64,000 nt of DNA from a virus, in IMG/VR virus record IMGVR_UViG_3300022777_000088. One strand, given 5' to 3'. Position numbers and translations under genes: made by a program. This document shows positions 9,330 to 17,690 of the stretch, piece by piece. Position 1 is the stretch's first letter; each line of letters starts with the position of its first letter. Below the pieces are notes generated by a model. The model was not told the DNA's origin, made no database searches, and saw nothing but the letters and a program-made list of their open reading frames with translations.

Positions 9330-9526
9330 TAGGGCATGAAATAAGATACATTCAAGCCAACACAGTTCCGTCTGGACCCGACCTTTCGGTGTGGCGGCAA
9401 GACGTCGCGAATCCATTTGGCGCTAACCTAATCGAAGAAGGTGGGAGCTTCAGGTCAGCAGTTCGAACGACGAGTTTTTTATCAACCCCGACATGTCAAT
9501 CAAATGGAGGACACAGGCACGTATGA
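9314..9526 (+). CDS. HExxY-family small protein (MERILVGHEIRYI)
   Basis: Motif. Confidence 0.75.
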   Translation: MERILVGHEIRYIQANTVPSGPDLSVWRQDVANPFGANLIEEGGSFRSAVRTTSFLSTPTCQSNGGHRHV

Positions 9527-9765
9527 GAGATTGCTTCTGAGTCATGAACTGGAGTATATTGACAGCCGCTTACATTCTGCGTGGCCACGGCGGCGGGATC
9601 CGGAGGTCGGAGTCCTCAGAAACTATTGGCATTCGCTACGCCGTGAATCGCAAAGACGCTAAATCAGTAATCATCCGTTGTGATGGATTCTACGAACCAG
9701 ACCGAGGAATCGCGAGGCAACGAATCGGCGGCAACTACGTCAAAATCTTTAATAAAGAGGCATGA
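9504..9765 (+). pseudogene. HExxY-family copy (RLLLSHELEYI), probably frameshifted
   Basis: Motif frame ends at 9662; family-like YEPD...YVKIF continues in the 9544-9765 frame. Confidence 0.5.
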
Positions 9766-9961
9766 AGTCGCGTATTTCGACAGCAACCCGGACTTGCCGA
9801 GTCGATTCGGCACCTTCATGAGAGAGAATTACCGCATTGATCCGGATGGCGATACCGTGACCATATATCGGCAAAACACGCCGGGCTCGCCACCGACTCC
9901 CTTTCTTATCGAACCCACAGAAGTTCAAGGCATATTTGTTTGGGATGCTCAAAAAACATGA
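9680..9961 (+). CDS. HExxY-family small protein (SLIKRHEVAYF), start uncertain
   Basis: Motif; FLIEP; GIFVW. Confidence 0.7.
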   Translation: MMDSTNQTEESRGNESAATTSKSLIKRHEVAYFDSNPDLPSRFGTFMRENYRIDPDGDTVTIYRQNTPGSPPTPFLIEPTEVQGIFVWDAQKT

Positions 9962-10178
9962 AGCGAAATACGTTTGGAAGAGGCGCCGACGGCCGGATGT
10001 GCCGAGAGTAGAAAAAACGTTCGGCCCGTATGTCGTGGAAACGTCGGGAGAGTCAAAGCAAATCACTCTTCGCTATGACGGCCGCTGCGAATACGACGGC
10101 GCGGTAAAGCCGCACGGAACAATAGCCGGTGAATACATGTGGAAATGGAACAATGACGGAAGCTGTTGGTACGAATGA
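9945..10178 (+). CDS. HExxY-family small protein (MLKKHEAKYV)
   Basis: Motif; AVKP; YMWKW. Confidence 0.8.
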   Translation: MLKKHEAKYVWKRRRRPDVPRVEKTFGPYVVETSGESKQITLRYDGRCEYDGAVKPHGTIAGEYMWKWNNDGSCWYE

Positions 10179-10486
10179 ACAAGTTGCTCGCCTATCACGA
10201 CATTGAATACATCCGAAACCGTCGATCGACGTCTCCACGTGGAGCGCCATACGGATTCGCGAATCGAAGAGACGGGACATTGCTTATCGAATCAAAGTGT
10301 TGGCTTGACGACTTAGATTGGGCAATCGCACAACCGCAAGCGACGGTCGGCGAATCGCAGGACTGGAAATACTGGAAGTTCGATCCAGAACCGTGTTCGA
10401 CGCTTCGAGCAGTAGGATACAACTTGGTACGACCAACAGACGACAACCCGAAGTATTATGAGAGAATGGCTGCCCGTATCAGATGA
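10175..10486 (+). CDS. HExxY-family variant (MNKLLAYHDIEYI)
   Basis: HD in place of HE. Confidence 0.75.
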   Translation: MNKLLAYHDIEYIRNRRSTSPRGAPYGFANRRDGTLLIESKCWLDDLDWAIAQPQATVGESQDWKYWKFDPEPCSTLRAVGYNLVRPTDDNPKYYERMAARIR

Positions 10487-10613
10487 GCCGCTTCAAGACT
10501 ACGAGCGGGAACACCTGATCTTCAACAGCGAGCAAAATAGGATTCTCGAAATCAAGAGAACAGATACCAACTCGAATTCGGTGGCAATCATTGGACTTGG
10601 ATACAACAAATGA
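10458..10613 (+). CDS. HExxY-family variant (PLQDYEREHL), 51 aa
   Basis: Translated by hand; coupled to neighbours on both sides. Confidence 0.5.
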   Translation: MREWLPVSDEPLQDYEREHLIFNSEQNRILEIKRTDTNSNSVAIIGLGYNK

Positions 10614-10855
10614 AACAACAACTACTCTACGGTCACGAAGGCAAATATATTCGCGAGAACACAGCGCCGGTTTTGCATCGGCCGATATGGAGGGAATCAA
10701 CTTCAACGGGTCGCGACCTTGGGAAGATAAAACCAAGAAAGAATGGGAAGTCGGAGTCAAAGAGTGGTTCGAGCCAATGCGATCGGACTTTCGAGAGCTA
10801 CGAAGATATAGCAAACTCATGGAGCTATTCGCGAAACACGAACAACGATATTTGA
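10610..10855 (+). CDS. HExxY-family small protein (MKQQLLYGHEGKYI)
   Basis: Motif. Confidence 0.7.
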   Translation: MKQQLLYGHEGKYIRENTAPVLHRPIWRESTSTGRDLGKIKPRKNGKSESKSGSSQCDRTFESYEDIANSWSYSRNTNNDI

Positions 10856-11097
10856 AAAAAGGACTCGGGCATCCGCCCGACGACTGCGAAGACGCGACCG
10901 AGTGGCACAGCCGAACAGGAAGAGACCCGGCGAAGCGCCTCTACCATTACACAGTGATGTGGCATCCAAAAAAAGAGCGGCTGCAAGCATTCGCCCCACC
11001 GAGTGACCTTTCTCGCACAACCGATTTTCCAATCATCCCTCCACAAGACAAAGTCGAAGGCTTCAACGAGGACATCTATTTGGTGTGGTCATTATGA
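10819..11097 (+). CDS. HExxY-family small protein (MELFAKHEQRYL)
   Basis: Motif; PIIPP; IYLVW. Confidence 0.8.
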   Translation: MELFAKHEQRYLKKGLGHPPDDCEDATEWHSRTGRDPAKRLYHYTVMWHPKKERLQAFAPPSDLSRTTDFPIIPPQDKVEGFNEDIYLVWSL

Positions 11098-11217
11098 AGC
11101 ACGAACGAGAGTACATCCGTCATACCCTCCAGGACTACAAACAAGTCGGCACAAACTGCAGAAACTGAAATGGACCTGTCAGACAAAGTCGACGAGCACT
11201 ACCGATGGACTTGCTAA
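11094..11217 (+). pseudogene. HExxY-family copy (MKHEREYI), truncated or frameshifted
   Basis: Motif frame stops at 11168; the +1 frame ends ...DEHYRWTC. Confidence 0.5.
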
Positions 11218-11402
11218 TGAAGCACGAGCTTCGCTTTCCGACACCGAAGGCGGCTCCATCAACTGGACGACACTGGACTCTGGCGGCTTCGGCTGAATCT
11301 TTTTTTTGGCAAAGACCCCGACCGCTTATACACGGCCGAGCCCCGACCGCTTATACACGGCCGAGCCCCGACCGCTTATACACGGCCCCTCACAAAACTT
11401 GA
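11205..11402 (+). pseudogene. degenerate HExxY copy (MDLLMKHELRF) running into the 25-bp repeats
   Basis: Motif present; 3' part consists of the tandem repeat. Confidence 0.45.
11316..11387. repeat. 25-bp tandem repeat, 2 full copies + 22 bp (CCCCGACCGCTTATACACGGCCGAG)
   Basis: Read directly from the sequence. Confidence 0.95.
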
Positions 11403-11599
11403 ACAAAAGGTAGAGAAGGGCAACTACGATCTATGAGCGGGGACGGCTTGACACACACTTTATGTGTGGGTATCAAACGGTAAGCCAAAACACGGATTTG
11501 ACAGGCTTTCTTGCTGTTTTGATGGCGCAGCGTGAAGCGAAAATAAGCAGTGTAACACTCTTCATAAAACTTCCGGTAAAATCACCGCGCGCGCGAACC

Positions 11600-11803
11600 A
11601 TGCTCTACAATCACGAAATTCGGTACATCACCGCCCGGGGCTCCGAGCCCTGGGGGCTGCACGACACCGCCACCGTGGACCTAAACGACCGGCGTCTGAC
11701 GCTGCGCTATCGAAATCACGAACCCGGCGGATGGCTGGTCGATCCGGACGCTGTGGCCGATACGTCGGCAGGCGGGGCGTTTGCGTTCTGGAACTTCACG
11801 TGA
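11600..11803 (+). CDS. HExxY-family small protein (MLYNHEIRYI)
   Basis: Motif; WLVDPD; FAFW. Confidence 0.8.
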   Translation: MLYNHEIRYITARGSEPWGLHDTATVDLNDRRLTLRYRNHEPGGWLVDPDAVADTSAGGAFAFWNFT

Positions 11804-11953
11804 ATGTATGCGTGCGGGCGCGCCCGCGTGTTGAGGGCACAGGCGGGCAACGTGACACCTTGAAGTGTATGCGCGCGCGTCGGCGCGCGTGTGACGGCCA
11901 CTGCCACCGATCGGACACCCTCAACCATATGCGTGCGGGCGCGCGCGTATGGT

Positions 11954-12057
11954 GTCACCGAGGGCGACAAGGGTGGATCAGTCACCGAGGGCGACAAGGG
12001 TGGATCAGTCACCGAGGGCGACAAGGGTGGATCAGTCACCGAGGGCGACAAGGGTGG
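11954..12057. repeat. 27-bp tandem repeat, 3 full copies + 23 bp (GTCACCGAGGGCGACAAGGGTGGATCA)
   Basis: Read directly; identical units, no spacers. Confidence 0.95.
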
Positions 12058-12242
12058 GGGTGATTTTGGACTGATTTCTTTTGGGGGTGGGGGTTGCATA
12101 TGAAGGGGGTGTGTGGTATGGTCTCGAAAGAGGGACCGATTTTTTCCGCACGCGACTTCGCACGGAATGATTCCCATACGCGACATATTCCCCCACTGAC
12201 AACTTTTTCTTGCTTCTAAACTTTTTCGCGACCGATTTACAT

Positions 12243-12461
12243 ATGGAACAGCTTTTGATGAAACATGAACGAAACTATATGCGGTGTCGGCTGACAAAAG
12301 TGATGGCCGGACCCTATCTTTTTGATAGCACTCGGGACAGCCTCGTGGTTTCGACAAAAGATTCGGAATTCCGGGGATGCATTGCAAATCCGAGTGAGAA
12401 AAATGTTCGCAGCGACTCAACTGGAACAAAGTTCGTGCAAAAGATATGGACATGCTCTTGA
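12243..12461 (+). CDS. HExxY-family small protein (MEQLLMKHERNYM)
   Basis: Motif; IANP; QKIW. Confidence 0.8.
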   Translation: MEQLLMKHERNYMRCRLTKVMAGPYLFDSTRDSLVVSTKDSEFRGCIANPSEKNVRSDSTGTKFVQKIWTCS

Positions 12462-12816
12462 AACACGAATGCCGGGATTGCAAAAGGCGCAAAAACTTGA
12501 TTACGCCATCCGTCCGATGAAAACGTACACCCGTCTCGCTGGATCAACTGTATTTTTGAATGGACGGTTTGACTACGTAGACGAAGACAGCTATTGGGTT
12601 TCTTGCAGACATCACCTTTCTTTTGCTGAGCCACCGAAGGCGTTTCGGCCGACGTCCGGCCCTGCGGTTGAAGATCTTTGGCGATGCTCAGTTCCAGACA
12701 AAATCAGCACGTCAAAAAAGCGAGAAGCCAAACCGTTCACTGCCCCAAAACTTCAAATCGAAGGTATATGGTATGTTGAAAGTTCACGAAAGAAAATACA
12801 TACTCACAAACAGTGA
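12446..12816 (+). pseudogene. degenerate HExxY copy or copies (MDMLLKHECR; LLLSHRRRF)
   Basis: Motif frame stops after 24 codons; family-like segments are spread over different frames. Confidence 0.45.
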
Positions 12817-13006
12817 AGGAAAATATCGGCGCTTTGTTCGGTCGTCAGATGGACTTGGAGAGTGGATTGTTCACGCGCACCCGAAGCGCAATGCCGTTGG
12901 CATCGAAAACAAGCACCTTTCGAAATACAACTCCCGGCGGATCGTCGATCCCGACGCTCTGCACGACGTCACAAGCGAAGGCGTGACCGGACAATGGATT
13001 TACTGA
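12773..13006 (+). CDS. HExxY-family small protein (MLKVHERKYI)
   Basis: Motif; IVDPD; GQWIY. Confidence 0.8.
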   Translation: MLKVHERKYILTNSEGKYRRFVRSSDGLGEWIVHAHPKRNAVGIENKHLSKYNSRRIVDPDALHDVTSEGVTGQWIY

Positions 13007-13161
13007 AAGAGTGAGAAGTGAGTTATCTCCGGTCTGCACTTCAGTTCGAGCCAAAACCTTGCGGCAAATGTCCGGACGGCCACACGTGGGAAGCGTGGGT
13101 TTTGACCGGCGGCAGTTTCGCGCTTATCGAAAACGGAAACCTAATAAAAATTCACAGGTGA
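12994..13161 (+). pseudogene. HExxY copy with in-frame TGA at the His position (MDLLKE*EVSYL)
   Basis: TGA at 13012-13014; frame otherwise open to 13161. Confidence 0.55.
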
Positions 13162-13613
13162 AACAGGGCGTCGAACCAGAGGCCGCAATCTTTCATTTTT
13201 TCTATTACGCTTTCGTCGTCCCCGAGCACGACAACGGCTTGAGCACCCGCCACTCGAACACCGTCTTCGGTGCACTTTCTTAGAGCAAGCCGAAGCCCCC
13301 GCCCCGAGTTCGCGAGATCTTCGACGAGAACGGCAGGCTTAGATTTGTCAATCGGCCCTTCCACGAGGCGATTGCGGTCATATCCCTTTCGGTGCTTTCG
13401 GATCATGCCGCCCCGAAGCCCTTCTGCAGTGATTGCTCCAACGACTGGGTAGGCGCCGAGTCCTTCCCCGACGACTTGCGTGTATCCTTTCTTTCGAATC
13501 GCCTCTGCCATGCGGCGGCCAACTCTTCGCGACACTTCTGGATTGCCCATTGGTTCCCGCAAATCAACGACTCCGTCTTGTACAGCCTCTTCAACTAAAA
13601 CTTCTCCGATCAT
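13152..13613 (-). CDS. type I phosphoribosyltransferase, orotate-PRT-like
   Basis: IRKHRKGYD...VEG, PRPP-binding loop VLVEDLANSG. Confidence 0.75.
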   Translation of the reverse strand: MIGEVLVEEAVQDGVVDLREPMGNPEVSRRVGRRMAEAIRKKGYTQVVGEGLGAYPVVGAITAEGLRGGMIRKHRKGYDRNRLVEGPIDKSKPAVLVEDLANSGRGLRLALRKCTEDGVRVAGAQAVVVLGDDESVIEKMKDCGLWFDALFHL

Positions 13614-13620
13614 CTTTTTT

Positions 13621-13636
13621 GATATATACAGGTGAA
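13621..13636 (+). promoter_or_regulatory. putative late-type promoter
   Basis: GATATATACAGGTGAA upstream of ATG 13655. Confidence 0.55.
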
Positions 13637-13654
13637 CCCAATCGATAAAGCATA

Positions 13655-14506
13655 ATGGCAATCTTCGGATCAAAAAGCAGTCCTCAAATCAATCCAGTTA
13701 CCGTTACGGAAACAGTTCACGACGTGGAAGCAGATAACGTCTCGATTGACGTTGTGCTTGCGGAAGTGGACAGCGGCTCCGGATTTACGGGAGTGAATGA
13801 GCCATCTTCAAACGTTTCGTGGCTTTCGGTGAGCACTTCTTCTTCGACCCCAATGGACGTGACAAACGTAGACATCGATATAACTGTGGATCCCGCTGAT
13901 ATCGATATTGGCAACAAGTACCGGATCGAGATCACCGCAGATGACGGGACGGACACGTTGACGAAGACAAAAACAATCGAAGTCCTCAACGAACTTCCAT
14001 TTCCCACTGTGGGATTCACGGTTGACGCGACTTGGGACGACGACTCCGACTACCAAGACTTGGCTAGTGCGACGGTAGCCAGTTCACAAGCCACCGTTTC
14101 AATCTCAAGTGGAGATGATGGCGTGATTATGGAAGCTGGAGCAAGCGGGTCTGGAATGGCTCTTTGGGCAGAAAGTGGAAACCTATTCTTCGCTTGTGGA
14201 GACGGAGGTTCCACCGGACCGACTGCCTCAACTGCCTGGATAAGCGGTTCCTTGCCCACAGGAAATGATTTGCTAATCACGTGGTCTGCTTCCACCGTTA
14301 CGGACAATGCCGCTCTGTATGTCGGCGATCAGCTTATTGGAACTGACACGTTCGATAACTCAAAGATTGCTGGTGAAAACGACGGGGGAATCGGCCGAAT
14401 ACACAACGGGATTCGAAACGGCGTGAATCCAAATACAGACGATTTTGACGGCACGGTAACGAAAGCCGAAATCTATCTCGACGAAGCAACTCCCGAGGTC
14501 CGATAG
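13655..14506 (+). CDS. acidic virion-type protein with Ig-like and LamG/concanavalin-like domains
   Basis: LITWSAST...AALYVGDQLIG, GGIGR, DFDGTV pattern of laminin-G-like lectins. Confidence 0.6.
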   Translation: MAIFGSKSSPQINPVTVTETVHDVEADNVSIDVVLAEVDSGSGFTGVNEPSSNVSWLSVSTSSSTPMDVTNVDIDITVDPADIDIGNKYRIEITADDGTDTLTKTKTIEVLNELPFPTVGFTVDATWDDDSDYQDLASATVASSQATVSISSGDDGVIMEAGASGSGMALWAESGNLFFACGDGGSTGPTASTAWISGSLPTGNDLLITWSASTVTDNAALYVGDQLIGTDTFDNSKIAGENDGGIGRIHNGIRNGVNPNTDDFDGTVTKAEIYLDEATPEVR

Positions 14507-14508
14507 AA

Positions 14509-14718
14509 ATGTTTGCCAAACACGAGCTTCACTACGCGTTCGATCGGCCGGATGGCACCGGATCCGTTCCTGCGAAATCTGGTCTCAACGGCGGCGTCCA
14601 AAACGGAGTTCTTCATTTTATCTTCATGAACCCCGGCGACCACTTCCTGTTTCGAGAGTCTGATCAGCAGCTTGAACAGACATGGGCGGAATACCAACTC
14701 ACAAAACCGTCGGGTTAG
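14509..14718 (+). CDS. HExxY-family small protein (MFAKHELHYA)
   Basis: Motif; FMNP; QTW. Confidence 0.8.
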   Translation: MFAKHELHYAFDRPDGTGSVPAKSGLNGGVQNGVLHFIFMNPGDHFLFRESDQQLEQTWAEYQLTKPSG

Positions 14719-14719
14719 A

Positions 14720-15427
14720 TTATTCCGTGTCAAAGTCAACGCCCTTCACTGTATTCAGGTACTCGGCGTAAACGAGAAAGATGAGAAATACGCCTACGAG
14801 CACGTTGATGACGTTGAAGTGCACGGCGCCGAACACGATCAAAGCCAACCCACCGAGGCTTCCAAGAAACGTTGCTGCTCGCGTCGCGTGTTTGACCCCA
14901 ATGGCTTGGGCTAGAAGTGACCGAAAAATGCGGCCGCCGTCCGAAGGATAAATCGGAAGCATGTTGAACGCGAAGAACACAAAGTTCAGAATCGCGAACA
15001 ACGCCCAAAACTCCGGTGTCCACGGGGCGTGAGCAAATGGGCTGCCGCCATTGGCAAGCATTTCAAAAGCGTTGCCTGAAAGCAGTAACGTTGTCCAAAT
15101 GAACAAAATCAGATTGACCATCGGCCCGGCAATCGATATCCGAAACTCGTCCCACGTGCCGGTCGGAATGTCCTCAAAGCCCGCGATTCCCCCGATGGCG
15201 ATTAGGTGAATGTCTTCGATGTCGTAGCCGAGCCGCAAACCTTCCCACATGTGAGCGTACTCGTGAATGGCGATAACGGTGAAGAGCGTCGTTGTCGTTA
15301 TTACGCCGTACCAAAACTGTGGCGTCCAAAACGCGAATGTGGGTACGATAATCGCGTAGAAAATGAGCATCGACCAGTGAGCGTAAAGAGGCACGCCCAT
15401 CCAGGTGCCAAGGTGAATCTTGTTCAT
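14720..15427 (-). CDS. site-2 protease (peptidase M50)
   Basis: HEYAH, AGPMVN, NMLPIYPSDGG, multiple TM segments. Confidence 0.92.
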   Translation of the reverse strand: MNKIHLGTWMGVPLYAHWSMLIFYAIIVPTFAFWTPQFWYGVITTTTLFTVIAIHEYAHMWEGLRLGYDIEDIHLIAIGGIAGFEDIPTGTWDEFRISIAGPMVNLILFIWTTLLLSGNAFEMLANGGSPFAHAPWTPEFWALFAILNFVFFAFNMLPIYPSDGGRIFRSLLAQAIGVKHATRAATFLGSLGGLALIVFGAVHFNVINVLVGVFLIFLVYAEYLNTVKGVDFDTE

Positions 15428-15636
15428 TGTTGCTCGGTGACTTTGTGAAGAGTGTTCATCCATTCTTCTGCGTACGGTCCCTCGACTTCAATGAAAAAGG
15501 TGGACGCGCAGAAACCTTCCACTTCCCTGTAACGAATGTCAAGCTCGTTCCGCTTGAACTTTTCGGTTTCCAAAAACCTCCGGAAACTGTTTCTTACCAA
15601 ACATCCAACATCTGCTGTTGTTTTTACTCGTGTCAT
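15424..15636 (-). CDS. hypothetical protein
   Basis: ATGA-coupled in minus-strand run. Confidence 0.55.
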   Translation of the reverse strand: MTRVKTTADVGCLVRNSFRRFLETEKFKRNELDIRYREVEGFCASTFFIEVEGPYAEEWMNTLHKVTEQQ

Positions 15637-16196
15637 ATCGCGGCCATAATGATTGAAAAGATCATGAGCATTCCGGCAGCAACCGTTCCCCAAAATATGA
15701 TCATCAGCGGATCGACTTGTTTCGTCATATCTGCAAATATCCGCCCAACCATTTCGGGAAAGTCTTCGTCTTCAATCGCAGACGGGGCGTTCTGAAACGG
15801 ATTGTTTCGGAGTGGATTGTTCTGCTGTTGGGGAACTCCACCATTATTGTATCCGTTCATGCCTATTTGTGACCGGTTTCGTGGGCCGTGAGCGGCGCCT
15901 TGTGTCATCAAAAACTCGATTTCTCCTCTCGACAAATGCCGGTGAAAGTGTTCCCGTTCCCACGGCTTCAGGTCAGCGGCAAGCATTCTCGTCAACCGTT
16001 CTTTGCGGTCGAAAATCTTCTTGCGAATTCCTTTTTCTCGCAAAAACTCGTCGAGTTCCCCCGCTTTGCCGCCACCGCTGCCAATTCTACCACCTTTCGC
16101 TATGGAACCGCCGAGCGGGCCGCCGGGTATTCCTTTTCCACTACCCGGAAGCTTCTGTCCAGTTGCCGATCCCGGTTTTCCAGTTGACATTCCCAT
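15633..16196 (-). CDS. Gly-rich protein with C-terminal TM anchor
   Basis: Gly/Lys-rich N-terminus, hydrophobic C-terminus; contains LKPWEREHF. Confidence 0.6.
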   Translation of the reverse strand: MGMSTGKPGSATGQKLPGSGKGIPGGPLGGSIAKGGRIGSGGGKAGELDEFLREKGIRKKIFDRKERLTRMLAADLKPWEREHFHRHLSRGEIEFLMTQGAAHGPRNRSQIGMNGYNNGGVPQQQNNPLRNNPFQNAPSAIEDEDFPEMVGRIFADMTKQVDPLMIIFWGTVAAGMLMIFSIIMAAI

Positions 16197-16200
16197 GTTG

Positions 16201-17497
16201 CTATACAGTTGATACGCGTTCAGCGACTTCTTGTGCTTTCTCTTGAAGCGAGTCCGACACGTTGGTTTCTCGCGACTTCAGCTCTTTGTAGCCACCGAAA
16301 AAGTCACGTGTTCTTGCCTGTTCAAGTGTCGGAAGCTCGGCGGTGACTTTGCCATCGGCCATAAGAAGACGCATGACCGGAGCAATGTTCTCACCCGCTG
16401 GAATCTCTTCAAATCCGGGGGTTTCGCGCCGCTCAGTCACAATCGTTTCGTTGTCCCCGTGCCACACTTGCTTTTTGCCGGGAAGATTCGATTTTCCACT
16501 TGACAGCTTCATTCGCCCCTTGCCGTCGTACTCGCAGAGCTTGTAAACAGCGTCTGCGTACGGTTGATCGGCAACCGTCGCCATCTTCGTGCCGACTCCG
16601 TAGCCATCGATTTCGGCTCCACGCTCTTGGAGGCCACGGATCTTGTTTTCGTCAAGCGAAGAGCTGGCGAAGATCTTCACGTCTTCGAATCCAGCGTCGT
16701 CAAGAATGCGCCGTGCCATCTTTGAAAGGTGCGCAAGGTCTCCGCTGTCAAGGCGAATGCCGCCGATGTCTGTGTCTGTGCGAACCATGAGGTCAATCAC
16801 GCTTTTCACGCCCTTCAACGTGTCGTACGTGTCAACCAAAACGACGGTGCCGGGATAAGTCTTCTCGAACTCTTCAAAAGCGCGCTGTTCATTGTCGTGC
16901 GCTTCAACGTAAAAGTGCGCCATCGTTCCGGTAATCGGAATGCCGTACTTCTGTCCAGCGACGACGTTGGACGTTGCATCCACTCCCGCTTGGTACATCG
17001 CCCGCGCCCCCTTCATCGCCGCGTCAAACCCTTGTGCGCGCCGCATACCGAAGTCAGCGACCGTTTGGCCGTTGGTTGCTCCAACGATGTGGCTTGCCTT
17101 TGTCGCTATGTTGGTTTGAAAGCCGATTTGATTGAGAAGCAGGGTTTCAACGAGCTGAGCTTCCCGAATATCACCAGAAACTTGAAGGATCGGTTGTCCC
17201 GACTTGCCCGTCGAGAACCCCAAATACGTCGGCGCCAAACTCCCAATCTCGAAGCCAGTGGATGAAGTCTTCGCTAAACTGCTCTTGCTGGCGAAGAAAG
17301 TAGGTTTCTTCATCCGAGAACTCCAAAGTCTCCAGCTTGCGCAGCGCTTCAGTCACGCCAGCAACCAGAAAGTAGTCTCGGTTTTTTTGGCGCCGAATGA
17401 AGAGGTCAAACGTCGCTTTCCCGTCCATGCCTTCCCGCCAATACGACTGCAGCATTGAAATTTGATATAAATCGCAGAATGTAGCCAAGTTTTCCAT
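16201..17497 (-). pseudogene. pncB: nicotinate phosphoribosyltransferase, frameshifted near 17200
   Basis: DLYQISM...ATFDLFIRR in one frame; PILQV...QLVETLLLN, DFGMRRAQG, GTMAH, LVDTYD, GIRLDSGD, GVGT in the next. Confidence 0.85.
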
Positions 17498-17498
17498 A

Positions 17499-17690
17499 TC
17501 AGAGTTCAGTAACTACATGTGCGATAGCGAAAATGAGCGCTCCGCCCAACGGAATGCCGATAAGCATCACGACCGGCAGGCTCAAGGCTCCGGTGATGCC
17601 TGCCCAAAGCGGAAATGCAACCACCGCTCCCAACAAGTTGAGGAAGAGAACAAAAACGATGAACGCCTTGAGAAACTGTTTCATGCCCAA
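17499..17690 (-). CDS. small two-TM membrane protein
   Basis: Hydrophobic ORF. Confidence 0.6.
   Translation of the reverse strand: MGMKQFLKAFIVFVLFLNLLGAVVAFPLWAGITGALSLPVVMLIGIPLGGALIFAIAHVVTEL

Noticed and set aside
9958-10012. The ATG within CATGAA as the true start of downstream genes
   Set aside because: That frame usually closes quickly; the long open frame with the conserved Tyr and Trp is the CAT-GAA frame.
11316-12057. CRISPR array
   Set aside because: Units are contiguous and identical, with no unique spacers and no cas genes.
11731-12492. ORFs spanning the 27-bp repeats (e.g. VTEGDKGGS x4, PPLSPSVTD x4)
   Set aside because: Open frames arise from the in-frame 27-bp unit in GC-rich DNA; no start context or composition typical of the phage genes.
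12994-13161. TGA reassigned to Trp (code 4), suggested by TGA at the motif position and some plausible read-throughs (11166, 12518)
   Set aside because: Long genes (658-877 aa) have no in-frame TGA and use TGG; many genes end in TGA with ATGA coupling. Nonsense mutations are the simpler explanation.
6482-14718. HExxY proteins as HExxH zinc metalloproteases
   Set aside because: The second ligand is Tyr, the motif sits within the first ~10 residues of 50-100-aa proteins, and His can be replaced by Tyr or Trp.
17171-17313. Programmed frameshift in pncB
   Set aside because: No slippery run at the junction, and about 8 nt of conserved coding sequence are missing, which a frameshift could not restore.
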